Below are positions 19,783-29,368 of a stretch of 64,000 nucleotides of DNA, one piece after another. Every line of letters begins with the position of its first letter. Position 1 is the first letter of the stretch. A model generated the notes under the pieces. It searched no databases. It was not told the origin of the DNA and saw nothing but the letters and a program-made list of their open reading frames with translations. Position numbers and translations under genes: made by a program. Source of the DNA: Nitrososphaerales archaeon (lineage in GTDB: Archaea > Thermoproteota > Nitrososphaeria > Nitrososphaerales > CADDZS01); the NCBI GenBank assembly GCA_030041355.1, contig JASHNZ010000011.1, positions 97,165 through 161,164 of the forward strand, read 5' to 3'.

Positions 19783-20409
19783 GTGCGCCGAGTTCTCGAG
19801 TCTAGGGAAAACCGGTTCTATTCTGCGAGAATAAGCCGAGACCCGGATGAGGTCTTATTTATTGGGCAAATCGAGTCAATGACTATGACCATTTACGAGT
19901 TTGAGGGTAAACGGCCAAAAATTGGAGCTTCATCCTATATCCATCAAAAGGCCAGCATCATAGGCAGCGTGGTTATTGGTGAACAGTGCTTCATTGGAGC
20001 AGGAGCAGTAATCAGAGGAGATTACGGAAAAGTCAACATAGGAAGCAGAACCTCGATACAAGAGAATTCTGTGGTACATGCAAGGCCTGATGAAAAATGC
20101 ATGGTTGGAAATGATGTCCAAGTAGGACATGGGGCTATCTTGCATAACTGCGAAATCAGAGACCTGGCCGTGGTCGGACTGGGCTCTCGGATCTGCGATT
20201 ATGCGGCCGTTGGGGTCTGGGCGATTATAGGCGAGGGGGCTGTGGTCTCCGCAAAGAGCGTTATTCCTGACGGGAAAGTCGCTGTGGGAATTCCCGCCAA
20301 GATCATACGGGACGTGAACGAAGAGGAAAAGAAACTCTGGACAAGTTACAAGCAAAAATATGTCGAATTGGCTTCGAAGTATAAAACCAATCTAAAGGAA
20401 ATTGCTTAG
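19783..20409 (+). CDS. Hexapeptide-repeat protein, gamma-carbonic-anhydrase / PaaY-CaiE family
   Basis: Left-handed beta-helix hexapeptide repeats (IGE.CFIGAGAVI.GD..KV.IG) with the conserved His residues of the gamma-CA family. Confidence 0.8.
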   Translation: MRRVLESRENRFYSARISRDPDEVLFIGQIESMTMTIYEFEGKRPKIGASSYIHQKASIIGSVVIGEQCFIGAGAVIRGDYGKVNIGSRTSIQENSVVHARPDEKCMVGNDVQVGHGAILHNCEIRDLAVVGLGSRICDYAAVGVWAIIGEGAVVSAKSVIPDGKVAVGIPAKIIRDVNEEEKKLWTSYKQKYVELASKYKTNLKEIA

Positions 20410-20489
20410 ATTCGAGCTTGCAAACATCAATTCATTAAGACTAATAAGAAAGACTGAGACCAAACTAGTCTAGTTTCCTAATTTTTTAG

Positions 20490-21818
20490 GTGTTTTCTTT
20501 GGTGCTCGAATTCAAGTTACCTGACCTTGGCGAAGGGGTTTCGGAAGGAGAGATAGTAAAGTGGCTAGTCAACGAAGGCCAGCAAATCAGAGAAGATGAA
20601 CCGATGGTCGAAGTCATGACTGACAAGGCTACGGTTCAAATCCCATCTCCCACATCCGGTACTGTGAGACAAATACTTGCAAAGGAAGGCCAAACGGTGA
20701 AAGTTGGAACAAACTTGGTTGTGATAGACAATTCTGGAGGAAAGGATGGAGGTTTGGAAGCACAACAAATCGAGGATAAACAATCTCAGCGTCGGAAAGA
20801 AATACAGCCCTCAATGCAGAGCTCACCAGAAAAGCTGCCCTCGCAAAATTCACAAGTCAGTTCGGAAACTCGACGAGTAATAGCTACACCGGCGACTAGA
20901 AAATTAGCCCGCGATTTAGGCGTTGATATTGACGCCTTAGCGGGAACGGGTCCTGGAGGTAGAATCACTGATGAGGATGTCAAGAGGATCGTATCAGGTT
21001 CAAAGCAGCCCCAAAGACCACAGACACAATTAGTCCAAAAAGAAATCGAGCGACCAGTTCAGGAACCTAGACAACAACTGGGCTCCGTCGAACAGGCGCT
21101 ATCAGAGATGGAAGAGAGGGTTCCAATACATGGGATCAGAAAACGAATTTCGGAAAAGATGCTCAGATCAGCTCAGACCACGGCTGCTGTAACGCATATT
21201 GAAGAGGTCGATTTCACAGAGCTAATTGCTCTGCGTGAGGCGACCAAACCTCTCGCGGACGCCCAAAACGTTAAACTCACTTACTTGCCCTTCATAATGA
21301 AAGCTGTTACAACGACTCTGAAGCAATTTCCTTACTTCAATGCAGCTATCGACGAGGAAAAACAAGAGTTTCTAATCAAACACTACTATAATCTAGGGTT
21401 TGCAACTGATACACCTAACGGATTGATCGTTCCTGTTGTAAAGGATGCAGAAAAGAAGAACATCTTTGAAATCGCAAAAGAGATACAGAAATTTTCCGAC
21501 GATGCCAGGACAGGGAAGATAGGTCTACAAGACATTCAGGGAGGAACCTTCACTATTACAAACATTGGAACGTTGGGTGGCGTAATGTCTACGCCTATAA
21601 TCAATGTACCCGAAGTTGCGATCCTCGGAGTGCATAAGATCCAGAAAAAACCGGTGGTTCTAAACAATGAAATTGTCATACGAGACATCGCGTTTGTGGC
21701 ATTGAGCTTTGATCACAGGATAGTGGACGGAGCTGACGCCGCAAGGTTTACGTCAAAACTGAAGCAGTATTTGGAAAATCCGAGTCTGATTTTTGTCGAG
21801 GCTTCTCTAAATGGTTGA
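20490..21818 (+). CDS. Dihydrolipoamide acyltransferase, E2 component of a 2-oxoacid dehydrogenase complex
   Basis: Has a lipoyl domain (VMTDKATVQIPSP), an E3-binding domain (ATPATRKLARDLGVDIDALAGTGPGGRI) and a catalytic domain with DHRIVDGA. Confidence 0.85.
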   Translation: MFSLVLEFKLPDLGEGVSEGEIVKWLVNEGQQIREDEPMVEVMTDKATVQIPSPTSGTVRQILAKEGQTVKVGTNLVVIDNSGGKDGGLEAQQIEDKQSQRRKEIQPSMQSSPEKLPSQNSQVSSETRRVIATPATRKLARDLGVDIDALAGTGPGGRITDEDVKRIVSGSKQPQRPQTQLVQKEIERPVQEPRQQLGSVEQALSEMEERVPIHGIRKRISEKMLRSAQTTAAVTHIEEVDFTELIALREATKPLADAQNVKLTYLPFIMKAVTTTLKQFPYFNAAIDEEKQEFLIKHYYNLGFATDTPNGLIVPVVKDAEKKNIFEIAKEIQKFSDDARTGKIGLQDIQGGTFTITNIGTLGGVMSTPIINVPEVAILGVHKIQKKPVVLNNEIVIRDIAFVALSFDHRIVDGADAARFTSKLKQYLENPSLIFVEASLNG

Positions 21819-21871
21819 AGCAAGGTCTGGGTCTAAAGTGCGAGACCAAGATTCCTCTCCCCTAGACGTAA

Positions 21872-22825
21872 CTAAATCAACATTGTGAGAACTAACAGCG
21901 ACGCAAAAAGCCAATTCGCAACTAAACTATTTTCTGTAAACGAAACATAGAAAGGCGGAGGGTTGTTTGGCTGTGCGAATGTCGATCGTTTTCGAAGCAA
22001 GAGAAGAGCGGACGCCAGCGGGGCTGCAATTGACCAGATTGGTAAGACACGGACGAGTGCCAAAATAATAACCATGGTAAAACTCAGCATCGTCAATCCG
22101 AGTGAAGCGAAAAGCGCATTTTTTCTTCCCAGAACAGTGCCTAGGCTTAGCTTTCGAGCTTTCGAATAAACTTCGTAGAAAATTAGGTCGTGATCGATCA
22201 ATACCACAACTGTCATTATACCTATTGGGATTGAGACGAGCAGAGCCGATAAATTCAGAGATCCTGTCTGCACGTAATAGGCTCCGAGGACAGGTATAGG
22301 ACCAAACGAAAGAAAGATCGCAAGCTCCCCGAGTCCGATTCCCCTGTAATCTAATTTTAGCGGAGGCGCGCAGTAAAAAAATGCTAGCAGAAACCCAAAG
22401 AGACCTAGGACAAACGCCCAGGGACCCACTACGAGCCAAAAGTATGCGCCAATTGATAAACTAAGTGCAAATAAAATCAAAGAGACAATTTTTCCATCTC
22501 GAAGAGAAATGAAGCCTCGTGGGATAGGTTTCCAACCGCCGAAATCGTTGGGAAAAATTGAGTTTGCAATCTGATCTACTCCATTTTCGTAGTCATAACA
22601 GTCGTCGACCGCGTTGGCTCCGAGATGTAGCAAAGCAACCCCAACGATGACCAGTCCAAGAAAAGCAAAGTCGATACTATGGTGGTTTGAAAAGGCTAGC
22701 GCCGTTCCTGCAAGAGCGGGAAGAATAATTAAAGGAATGAATTGAAATCTTGTGAGTCTCAGGAAGAGAGTGACCTTGCCCGGCGGCTTGCTGTCTCTAC
22801 TAACACTTGCGGGCCTCTCAACCAT
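21872..22825 (-). CDS. UbiA-family prenyltransferase (integral membrane)
   Basis: 317 aa, multi-TM, with an Asp-rich motif (NAVDDCYDYENGVD). Substrate unknown (could be DGGGP synthase, a quinone prenyltransferase, or something else). Confidence 0.65.
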   Translation of the reverse strand: MVERPASVSRDSKPPGKVTLFLRLTRFQFIPLIILPALAGTALAFSNHHSIDFAFLGLVIVGVALLHLGANAVDDCYDYENGVDQIANSIFPNDFGGWKPIPRGFISLRDGKIVSLILFALSLSIGAYFWLVVGPWAFVLGLFGFLLAFFYCAPPLKLDYRGIGLGELAIFLSFGPIPVLGAYYVQTGSLNLSALLVSIPIGIMTVVVLIDHDLIFYEVYSKARKLSLGTVLGRKNALFASLGLTMLSFTMVIILALVRVLPIWSIAAPLASALLLLRKRSTFAQPNNPPPFYVSFTENSLVANWLFASLLVLTMLI

Positions 22826-22920
22826 ATTGCTCGATGCACCAAAGATTTCATATTCTTACAATAGATTTAGTTTTTGACTATCGTTTAGCTTCTAGACGGC
22901 TTGGATCGTTACGTCGTGGG

Positions 22921-23574
22921 TTATAATCTGCGCGAGAGTGAATCAACCAGAAGGTCCTTTACCCGAACCTGATCTACTCTCTCTAAGGATAGTTCTTTCG
23001 CAATGCTTGTCATGATTCCGGATTCGAATCCGCAAGGTTTGATCTTTTGAAAATATGAAAGATCAGTGTTTACGTTTAGAGCAAGTCCATGATACGTAAC
23101 CCAATGAGAAACTGCCACGCCAATACTTGCAATCTTTCGCGTGTTGTTGATCCAAACACCCGTCTGCGCTCCCAATTTCCCCTTTGCTTGCGTGATTCCC
23201 ATCGCAGAAATCGCTTCTATGATCGAGGCCTCTAAAATCTCGATGAACTGTCTTACCCCAAGGTTTTTCTCTTGCAAGGAAACGATGAGATATACAACCA
23301 ACTGACCCGGACCGTGATAAGTCACGTCACCACCCCTTTCTATCTCGAACATGGGGAGGTCTTTCACCAAGATATTTTCAAAGTGTGAGGATCGTCCCAA
23401 AGTGAGGACATGGTCATGTTCCACGACTATTATGGAATCGCAAATCTTCCCTTCTATCCTTTTGCTCAAGAGCTCCTTTTGAAAATGCCAGACGACTCCA
23501 TAGTCCTTTGAAAAGCCAAGGTCGTATACCTCGATAGCATTTCTTGAGTTGAAAGCTTGAGTTTGCCCATTCAT
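22921..23574 (-). CDS. lipB: Octanoyltransferase LipB (lipoyl(octanoyl) transferase)
   Basis: 217 aa with LipB blocks (RGGDVTYHGPGQLVVY, KIASIGV). Confidence 0.8.
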   Translation of the reverse strand: MNGQTQAFNSRNAIEVYDLGFSKDYGVVWHFQKELLSKRIEGKICDSIIVVEHDHVLTLGRSSHFENILVKDLPMFEIERGGDVTYHGPGQLVVYLIVSLQEKNLGVRQFIEILEASIIEAISAMGITQAKGKLGAQTGVWINNTRKIASIGVAVSHWVTYHGLALNVNTDLSYFQKIKPCGFESGIMTSIAKELSLERVDQVRVKDLLVDSLSRRL

Positions 23575-23584
23575 GTTTTGGAAC

Positions 23585-25033
23585 TCACGCTGTTTGAGCT
23601 TTTGATTGAATTTGCCTGTTCATGATATGAATCGCCTTTCCTTGCGCGTTTTCGGCTGCTTCCATCAAAGTCTCAGAGAGAGTCGGATGCGGATGGACAG
23701 TCAATCCCATGTCATCCAAAGTAGCGCCCATTTCAATCGCTAGACTAGCTTCGCTAATGAGATCGGAAGCCTCAAGCCCTACGATTTCGACCCCCAAGAC
23801 TAGGCCGGAGTCCTTATCGGCCAAAACTTTGGTGAACCCCTCCGACTCGTTTGCTGCGAGAGCCCGAGCATTGGCGCTAAACGGAAACTTTCCTATGGAA
23901 AGTTCGATACCTTTTGACTTTGCCTCTTCCGGGTTTATACCAACTATCGCAATCTCCGGATCCGTGAATATCGCTGCAGGCATTGCCTGAAAGTCCGCGG
24001 CACTGTTCTCTCCACATATTACCTCAGCGGCTACAATGCCTTCTTTCATTGCTTTGTGAGCAAGAAGAGGGCCTCCAACACAATCTCCTATGGCATAGAC
24101 ATTTGGAAGGCTAGTGCGCATGTGCTTGTCGACCCTAACAAATCCCTTGTCGGTAAACTGAACTCCAATGTTTTCTAGGCCAAGTCCCTGGGTATTCGGC
24201 TTACGTCCAACTCCGACGAGAACGTAATCAACAAGTACACTTTGAGACTTTCCATCAGGAGTCTCAAATTCTACGTCAACTTGTTCTTGAATCACTTTTC
24301 CCGAAATCACTTTGCTTTTGGTATTGATCTTTGCGCCAAGTTTCCCGAGCTGTTTCGAAACCAAATTAACAAGCTCAATGTCCGTTCCAGGAAGTAGTTG
24401 ATCTAACAATTCCACAATCGTTAGTTCAGTTCCGAACAGATTCGCGTACGCCATGCCGATTTCTAGCCCGATGACACCTCCTCCAACAAGCAGCATCTTC
24501 TTTGGAACTTCTCGTAGATCCAGGGCTTCTGTGCTTGAAATAATTCTCTTTCCGTCATATTTGAGATTAGGAAGCTCGATGGATGAAGCACCTGTCGCCA
24601 CGATAGCATCTTTAAATGAAATCCTAGAATTTCGTCGGGGGGATCCCTGGATCACTTCAATTTCATTCGGCGAAATATACTTCGCATAGCCTTGTATTAT
24701 TTCGACATGATTTTGTTTGCAAAGGAATTCTACTCCGCTTGTCAGCCGGTGGACTACACTCTGTTTCCAGTCTTGGAGTTTCGAGATGTCAACTTCAACC
24801 TTCGCGTCTATTCCCATCTTTTTTGCTTCGCGCGTATTCTTGACAAGCTTGCCAGCGGTTATGAGGGCCTTGCTAGGGATACAACCCACGTTAAGACAGA
24901 CGCCGCCGACCTTATCTTTCTCGATCATGGCTGTTCTCTTGCCTAGTTGACCCAACCTAATTGCAGCGTGGTATCCTCCGGGGCCTGAGCCTATCACGAC
25001 GGCGTCGAAATTCAACTGCGTTGACGAGTTCAA
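23585..25033 (-). CDS. lpdA: Dihydrolipoamide dehydrogenase, E3 component
   Basis: 482 aa with FAD-binding GSGPGG, the redox disulfide GGVCLNVGCIPSK, and an NAD-binding GGGVIGLE. Confidence 0.9.
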   Translation of the reverse strand: MNSSTQLNFDAVVIGSGPGGYHAAIRLGQLGKRTAMIEKDKVGGVCLNVGCIPSKALITAGKLVKNTREAKKMGIDAKVEVDISKLQDWKQSVVHRLTSGVEFLCKQNHVEIIQGYAKYISPNEIEVIQGSPRRNSRISFKDAIVATGASSIELPNLKYDGKRIISSTEALDLREVPKKMLLVGGGVIGLEIGMAYANLFGTELTIVELLDQLLPGTDIELVNLVSKQLGKLGAKINTKSKVISGKVIQEQVDVEFETPDGKSQSVLVDYVLVGVGRKPNTQGLGLENIGVQFTDKGFVRVDKHMRTSLPNVYAIGDCVGGPLLAHKAMKEGIVAAEVICGENSAADFQAMPAAIFTDPEIAIVGINPEEAKSKGIELSIGKFPFSANARALAANESEGFTKVLADKDSGLVLGVEIVGLEASDLISEASLAIEMGATLDDMGLTVHPHPTLSETLMEAAENAQGKAIHIMNRQIQSKAQTA

Positions 25034-25124
25034 AATCTAATCAGAAGTTTCCTTTTTCCTGTATCTGGATAAGATTACAAGCAGAAAATCCAAACCTGCA
25101 TAATAATGATTTAGCAGCACGAAA

Positions 25125-26216
25125 CTAATTCCATCTTTTTTTCTTTGCTCTATAGTAGGCGTTCCAGTAAGGGTCTGCAATGGGATACTTGATGGGAGCT
25201 GCTTCGCTTTTTGCATCAATTAGCCTTGTGCCTTCCTCAGGCCTCAGTAGCTCTCCCACGATGGCCGCGTTAATTCCCTTTCCTCGAAGAAGTGCAACTG
25301 CGTCAGTGGCTCTCGCAGGGTTGCAAGAAAAAACGAGCGTCCCTTCGCTCAGGCTCACATAAGGATCAATCCGAAAAAGTTGGCATATATCTTTCGTTTC
25401 TTCGGAAATCGGGATCTTCTCTAGCTCGACGCGCAGGCCAAGAGAGGCAGCCTTGGCAAGCTCACACACCCCAGACAATACGCCTCCTTCAGTCGCGTCA
25501 TGCATGGCGCTTACCCCGCTTGCTTTTAGGCCAACCTTGGTTGCAGTGGAAGCGTCTTCGACAACTGAAGTCTTTCTCACATAACTCTGAGCTATTGCCA
25601 GTCTATCCTTTCCGATCCTTTGTCTAACTCTCCTTGGAAAGACCTTCGATAGCACACCTGTCGTTTCTATAGCAGCTCCTTTCGTGATGATTACGCTATC
25701 GCCTAACATTGCGCCCGCAGGAGTCAAATAAGCTCTAGACGAGCCAACTGAAAACAGAGTTCCAGCCCCGATAATTGTAGAATCAATGCCTTCAAACCGG
25801 CCAGTGTGACCTCCTACGATCGCTATTCCCAGTCTTTCGCATTCTTTACTTAGAGCAGTCCAATACATTTCAAAATCTCCTGACAGAAATCCTGCTGGTA
25901 AGTTGAAATCGAACATGGCGTATTGCGGATGGAATCCACTGGTGGCGATGTCAGATGCAATTGAATGGATTGAGAGCCACGCGGAGTCTTCTGTTCCCAA
26001 TTCGGAAATATATGACAGCGGATCTGTGCTTGTGACTAGGACCTGGCCTCCTCCGACATTGATAACCGCGTTATCCACCCCCACTGAAGGGCCAACTAAT
26101 ACTTCATTTCTTTTGGCACCTAGATTTGGATAGATCACTTTTTCAAAGAATTCCTTGTTGATCTTACCGTACTCAGGTATTTCCGTTTTCGGAACCGAAC
26201 GTGCTCGTTTTTCCAA
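25125..26216 (-). CDS. AIR-synthase-related (PurM-like superfamily) protein; possibly ThiL-like kinase
   Basis: 363 aa with PurM-like N- and C-domain blocks (VGVDNAVI, TSTDPL, IVGGHT). The ThiL assignment is only a hypothesis, suggested by the divergently placed ThiN/HTH gene. Confidence 0.5.
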   Translation of the reverse strand: MEKRARSVPKTEIPEYGKINKEFFEKVIYPNLGAKRNEVLVGPSVGVDNAVINVGGGQVLVTSTDPLSYISELGTEDSAWLSIHSIASDIATSGFHPQYAMFDFNLPAGFLSGDFEMYWTALSKECERLGIAIVGGHTGRFEGIDSTIIGAGTLFSVGSSRAYLTPAGAMLGDSVIITKGAAIETTGVLSKVFPRRVRQRIGKDRLAIAQSYVRKTSVVEDASTATKVGLKASGVSAMHDATEGGVLSGVCELAKAASLGLRVELEKIPISEETKDICQLFRIDPYVSLSEGTLVFSCNPARATDAVALLRGKGINAAIVGELLRPEEGTRLIDAKSEAAPIKYPIADPYWNAYYRAKKKRWN

Positions 26217-26379
26217 GGTGCGTCACAACCTCGTCTTTTTTTGATTGTTCTTTAGCAATTTCAGGTTGATCAAATATTTTATGTTGCCAATAAGCCTGAT
26301 TTGCGTATTGTCTGACAAACTGGAAAAAATCGCTCGTTCAAATTTATAAGCGTCTCAATAAGTCGATTATACCGGAAAT

Positions 26380-27402
26380 GTGCACATGCAACCTCCATGC
26401 GAAATCATGGTCGATTACTTTCTTCCAAGTATGAGAGGTATAGTAGCACACGAGCTGAATGAGAGGGGACATAGTCAGCGCATAATTGCATCAGAGCTTG
26501 GAATAACTCAAGCAAGAGTCAGTCATTACCTTTCAAACAAAAAAACCTCCTACTATAGTGACTTAGCAGAACGTTTCGGAACAAATCAAACGGAACTTGA
26601 AGGCTTCGCAAGAATCCTAAGCGATGACGTTAGCAGGAGCCAAGTTGACGGAATTTTTACACTTTATTCTATTTGGAAGAATATGCTGTTTAACGGAGAC
26701 ATATGCGCATTCCACCAACGAAAATCAGCGATTTCAAAGGAGTGCTCTGTATGCATGGATCTCCATCGTCCACCGCAAGAATCTTCGATTACAAAAGATT
26801 CGAAGGAAGAAGATTATGCGATTTTGCATACTCTTTCTGAGGCCGTGGCGCAAATCGAGAGCTCTCCTTTATTTCCCACAATAATGCCTGAAGTATCGGT
26901 GAATATCGCGATGTGCAGAGTAAATCCAAAATCCAAAAGAGATGTAGCAGCGATTCCGGGCCGTATCAATAAGATCCACGGGAGAGCAAAGGCCTTCGTG
27001 CTGCCTGAATTCGGATCATCAAATCATATGTCTAAGGTTTTACTTTTGTTCAACTCCAAGTCTAATTACATCAAATCCGTCCTAAATCTGCGTTATGATG
27101 AATCACTAGAGCGCGCTCTTACATTGGTTGGTTTAAGGAAGATAATGACGAAAGAGAGAGAAAGGCCTCAAAGGAAAAACGCAGATTCTTTGGAAGTTCC
27201 TCCTTCAAACGACGAAATTGTGTTGCAAAGATTAGCTAGCGTTGTTCTTTCGGAATCCTTCTTAAAGAACAGAGTTCCATTTGCGGTTGTGGATCTGGGT
27301 TCTGAAGGACTGGAACCGATCACATATCTGTTTGGAAGCACAGCAACAGAACTTTCGCACCTTGCAGTGAAGATTTGCTATGCTTACGCGGAAATTCAAT
27401 GA
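26380..27402 (+). CDS. HTH DNA-binding domain fused to a ThiN-like domain (ThiR-like thiamine regulator candidate)
   Basis: N-terminal HTH (IIASELGITQARVSHYL). Central region has ThiN-like blocks (MPEVSVNIAM, AIPGRINKIHG). A TATA-like TTTATAAG lies about 35 nt upstream. Confidence 0.5.
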   Translation: MHMQPPCEIMVDYFLPSMRGIVAHELNERGHSQRIIASELGITQARVSHYLSNKKTSYYSDLAERFGTNQTELEGFARILSDDVSRSQVDGIFTLYSIWKNMLFNGDICAFHQRKSAISKECSVCMDLHRPPQESSITKDSKEEDYAILHTLSEAVAQIESSPLFPTIMPEVSVNIAMCRVNPKSKRDVAAIPGRINKIHGRAKAFVLPEFGSSNHMSKVLLLFNSKSNYIKSVLNLRYDESLERALTLVGLRKIMTKERERPQRKNADSLEVPPSNDEIVLQRLASVVLSESFLKNRVPFAVVDLGSEGLEPITYLFGSTATELSHLAVKICYAYAEIQ

Positions 27403-27473
27403 TCTGTGATCGGCTAGGCTTTCCTAAAGGAAAGGACAAGTATTTCCATCAGAGTTAATTATTCAAAATAAAC

Positions 27474-28436
27474 CTAGACGTGTAAAAGGCATCCTTCGTC
27501 AAACTTTCTCCCCGTCATCATGTCTCTATAGATTAGGCGGATCTTTCCTTTCTCAAGCTCATCCTCGCTAACACCCAACGAATCTCTGGGTTCTAATTTC
27601 TTTTCATTGAAGGTTTTACTGCCAATGCTGTCGATTATCGCGGGGTTTGTACCTAAATTGAGTAGCCAAACGCACCCTTTATCAGGATAGGTCACGATGA
27701 AAGAACCTTCCTCGACACGTCTGTAGTCATTCGGAGGCAGAAACAAGAGTCTGTCCGTTGGAACTCCCGCCCGAAGTGCAAGCAACTTGAATTCTTTCAT
27801 GATTAGTTCAGAGCGTTTCTTGGTATCTTCAGATAATTTTTGATCGCCAGATTGAGCCTGACCCGAGGATTCTAGAAGTAGAGCCTGGGAGATGCAATAT
27901 CGTATGTAAGCATCAATAACCGTTGATATTGGGTGATACTCGTCGCGAAAGCTCAACGCAATCTTTGACTGCTCATATAACGCAATAGCATTTCTGTACC
28001 CTTGAAGTTTCTCTGGATCGAATTTCTCTAACTTATCTGTGGTCTCAGTAGTGGCACACGCAGAGATGAACGGAGCCAAAAATCCGAAGTGAGCGGTCGA
28101 ACGAAGGATCTGTGTGGCTTCATTGAATTTGGACAGGGCCTCATCAAACTTATTGATTGAAATTGCCAAGCGACCTAATTGTGTTCGACAAAAAGCGTCC
28201 ATAAGTGTAGAATACTCAAAAAGAGCTTTTGCGATATTTTCCTCGGACGATGCCATGTCGAAGAATTTCTGGGCCGCCTGCATAAATTTGGAATAGGAAA
28301 GTTGAAGTTCCGACTTTAGATCGAAGTTGATACCTTCCTTCCAAAGTACGAAAGGTTTCAAGTCTTGTTCAGTTATTCCCATATCAGATTTGCTCAACTC
28401 AAAGTTCGCATACGAAATTTTTGTTAGACAAGCCAT
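27474..28436 (-). CDS. Hypothetical protein, 320 aa
   Basis: Long ORF with an alpha-helical N-terminal half; no recognisable family. Confidence 0.4.
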   Translation of the reverse strand: MACLTKISYANFELSKSDMGITEQDLKPFVLWKEGINFDLKSELQLSYSKFMQAAQKFFDMASSEENIAKALFEYSTLMDAFCRTQLGRLAISINKFDEALSKFNEATQILRSTAHFGFLAPFISACATTETTDKLEKFDPEKLQGYRNAIALYEQSKIALSFRDEYHPISTVIDAYIRYCISQALLLESSGQAQSGDQKLSEDTKKRSELIMKEFKLLALRAGVPTDRLLFLPPNDYRRVEEGSFIVTYPDKGCVWLLNLGTNPAIIDSIGSKTFNEKKLEPRDSLGVSEDELEKGKIRLIYRDMMTGRKFDEGCLLHV

Positions 28437-28522
28437 CCTTTCAACGTTTTTCAGATTTTATTTTGGTGGGATATATTCAAATAAAGTAAGAACAGTGCAC
28501 ATGAGATAAGTTACTCTGAATC

Positions 28523-29362
28523 ATGCAATGCCACTATTGTGAGCAGTACAAACCGGGTCTTCCCTTCAGATGCAACTACTGTGGCAACTATTTCTGTTCG
28601 GATCACAGGCTACCGGAAAATCATGCGTGTCCGCGAGTTGGAGGACCCAAGCAACCTGGTTATTCAGACGTTCCATCACTCCAAGAAAAATATGCGAAAA
28701 GTCATGGTCACTTTGGCACTCTGCCCGGAATGGGGCGCAGCAGGTTTCGTTTAGGTTATCCTGGCGTATTTTCAAAAGCGGAGAGAAAACACATTCTGAT
28801 TGCTGCCGGATTACTTACCGCAGTAGGTCTTAGTATGATGGCTTTCACTATTCCGGTGTCTATTGATCCGCTTTTTCTCATTATAGGAGTAATTGGCTTT
28901 CTGATTTCTTTTTTTGGGCATGAGATGGCTCACAAATTGTTTGCGCAGAGAAATGGCATGTGGGCTGAGTTTCGAACAAATACTTACGGGTTAATTTTGA
29001 CTGCTCTTAGCATCATCCCTATACTACCGATCAAGTTCTTGGCCCCGGGCCAAATTACTGTCGTCGGGGATGCCAATCGTGAGCTTCAGGGTGCCATCGC
29101 CTTAGTAGGCCCGGCGTTCAACATAGTTTTTGGAACAGTCAGTATTTTTGCGGGCGCGCTGATTGGATTAGCAGACCTACATTATGCTCTGCTCTTTATT
29201 GGAGCTTTCAATGGATACATGGCACTCTTTAATCTGATCCCCTTCATGGGCTTCGACGGACTGAAAGCCTTTGAATGGGATCGGACAAGATGGGCAATTG
29301 CCCTCATAGGTTCCATTGCTCTTCTTGCAGGTGGCGCTTTCTTATTGAAAGCTTTCCCTTAA
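28523..29362 (+). CDS. AN1-type zinc finger fused to a site-2-protease-like (M50) membrane metalloprotease
   Basis: N-terminus CHYCEQYKPGLPFRCNYCGNYFCSDHRLPENHACP fits AN1 exactly (C-x2-C-x9-C-x2-C-x4-C-x2-H-x5-H-x-C). It is followed by TM helices with HEMAH and a LIPFMGFDG (LDG-like) motif. Confidence 0.65.
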   Translation: MQCHYCEQYKPGLPFRCNYCGNYFCSDHRLPENHACPRVGGPKQPGYSDVPSLQEKYAKSHGHFGTLPGMGRSRFRLGYPGVFSKAERKHILIAAGLLTAVGLSMMAFTIPVSIDPLFLIIGVIGFLISFFGHEMAHKLFAQRNGMWAEFRTNTYGLILTALSIIPILPIKFLAPGQITVVGDANRELQGAIALVGPAFNIVFGTVSIFAGALIGLADLHYALLFIGAFNGYMALFNLIPFMGFDGLKAFEWDRTRWAIALIGSIALLAGGAFLLKAFP

Positions 29363-29368
29363 CGGAAA

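Noticed and set aside
23037-23050. tRNA T-arm-like sequence CGGATTCGAATCCG
   Set aside because: It lies inside the lipB coding frame with no surrounding cloverleaf (no acceptor or D-arm complementarity).
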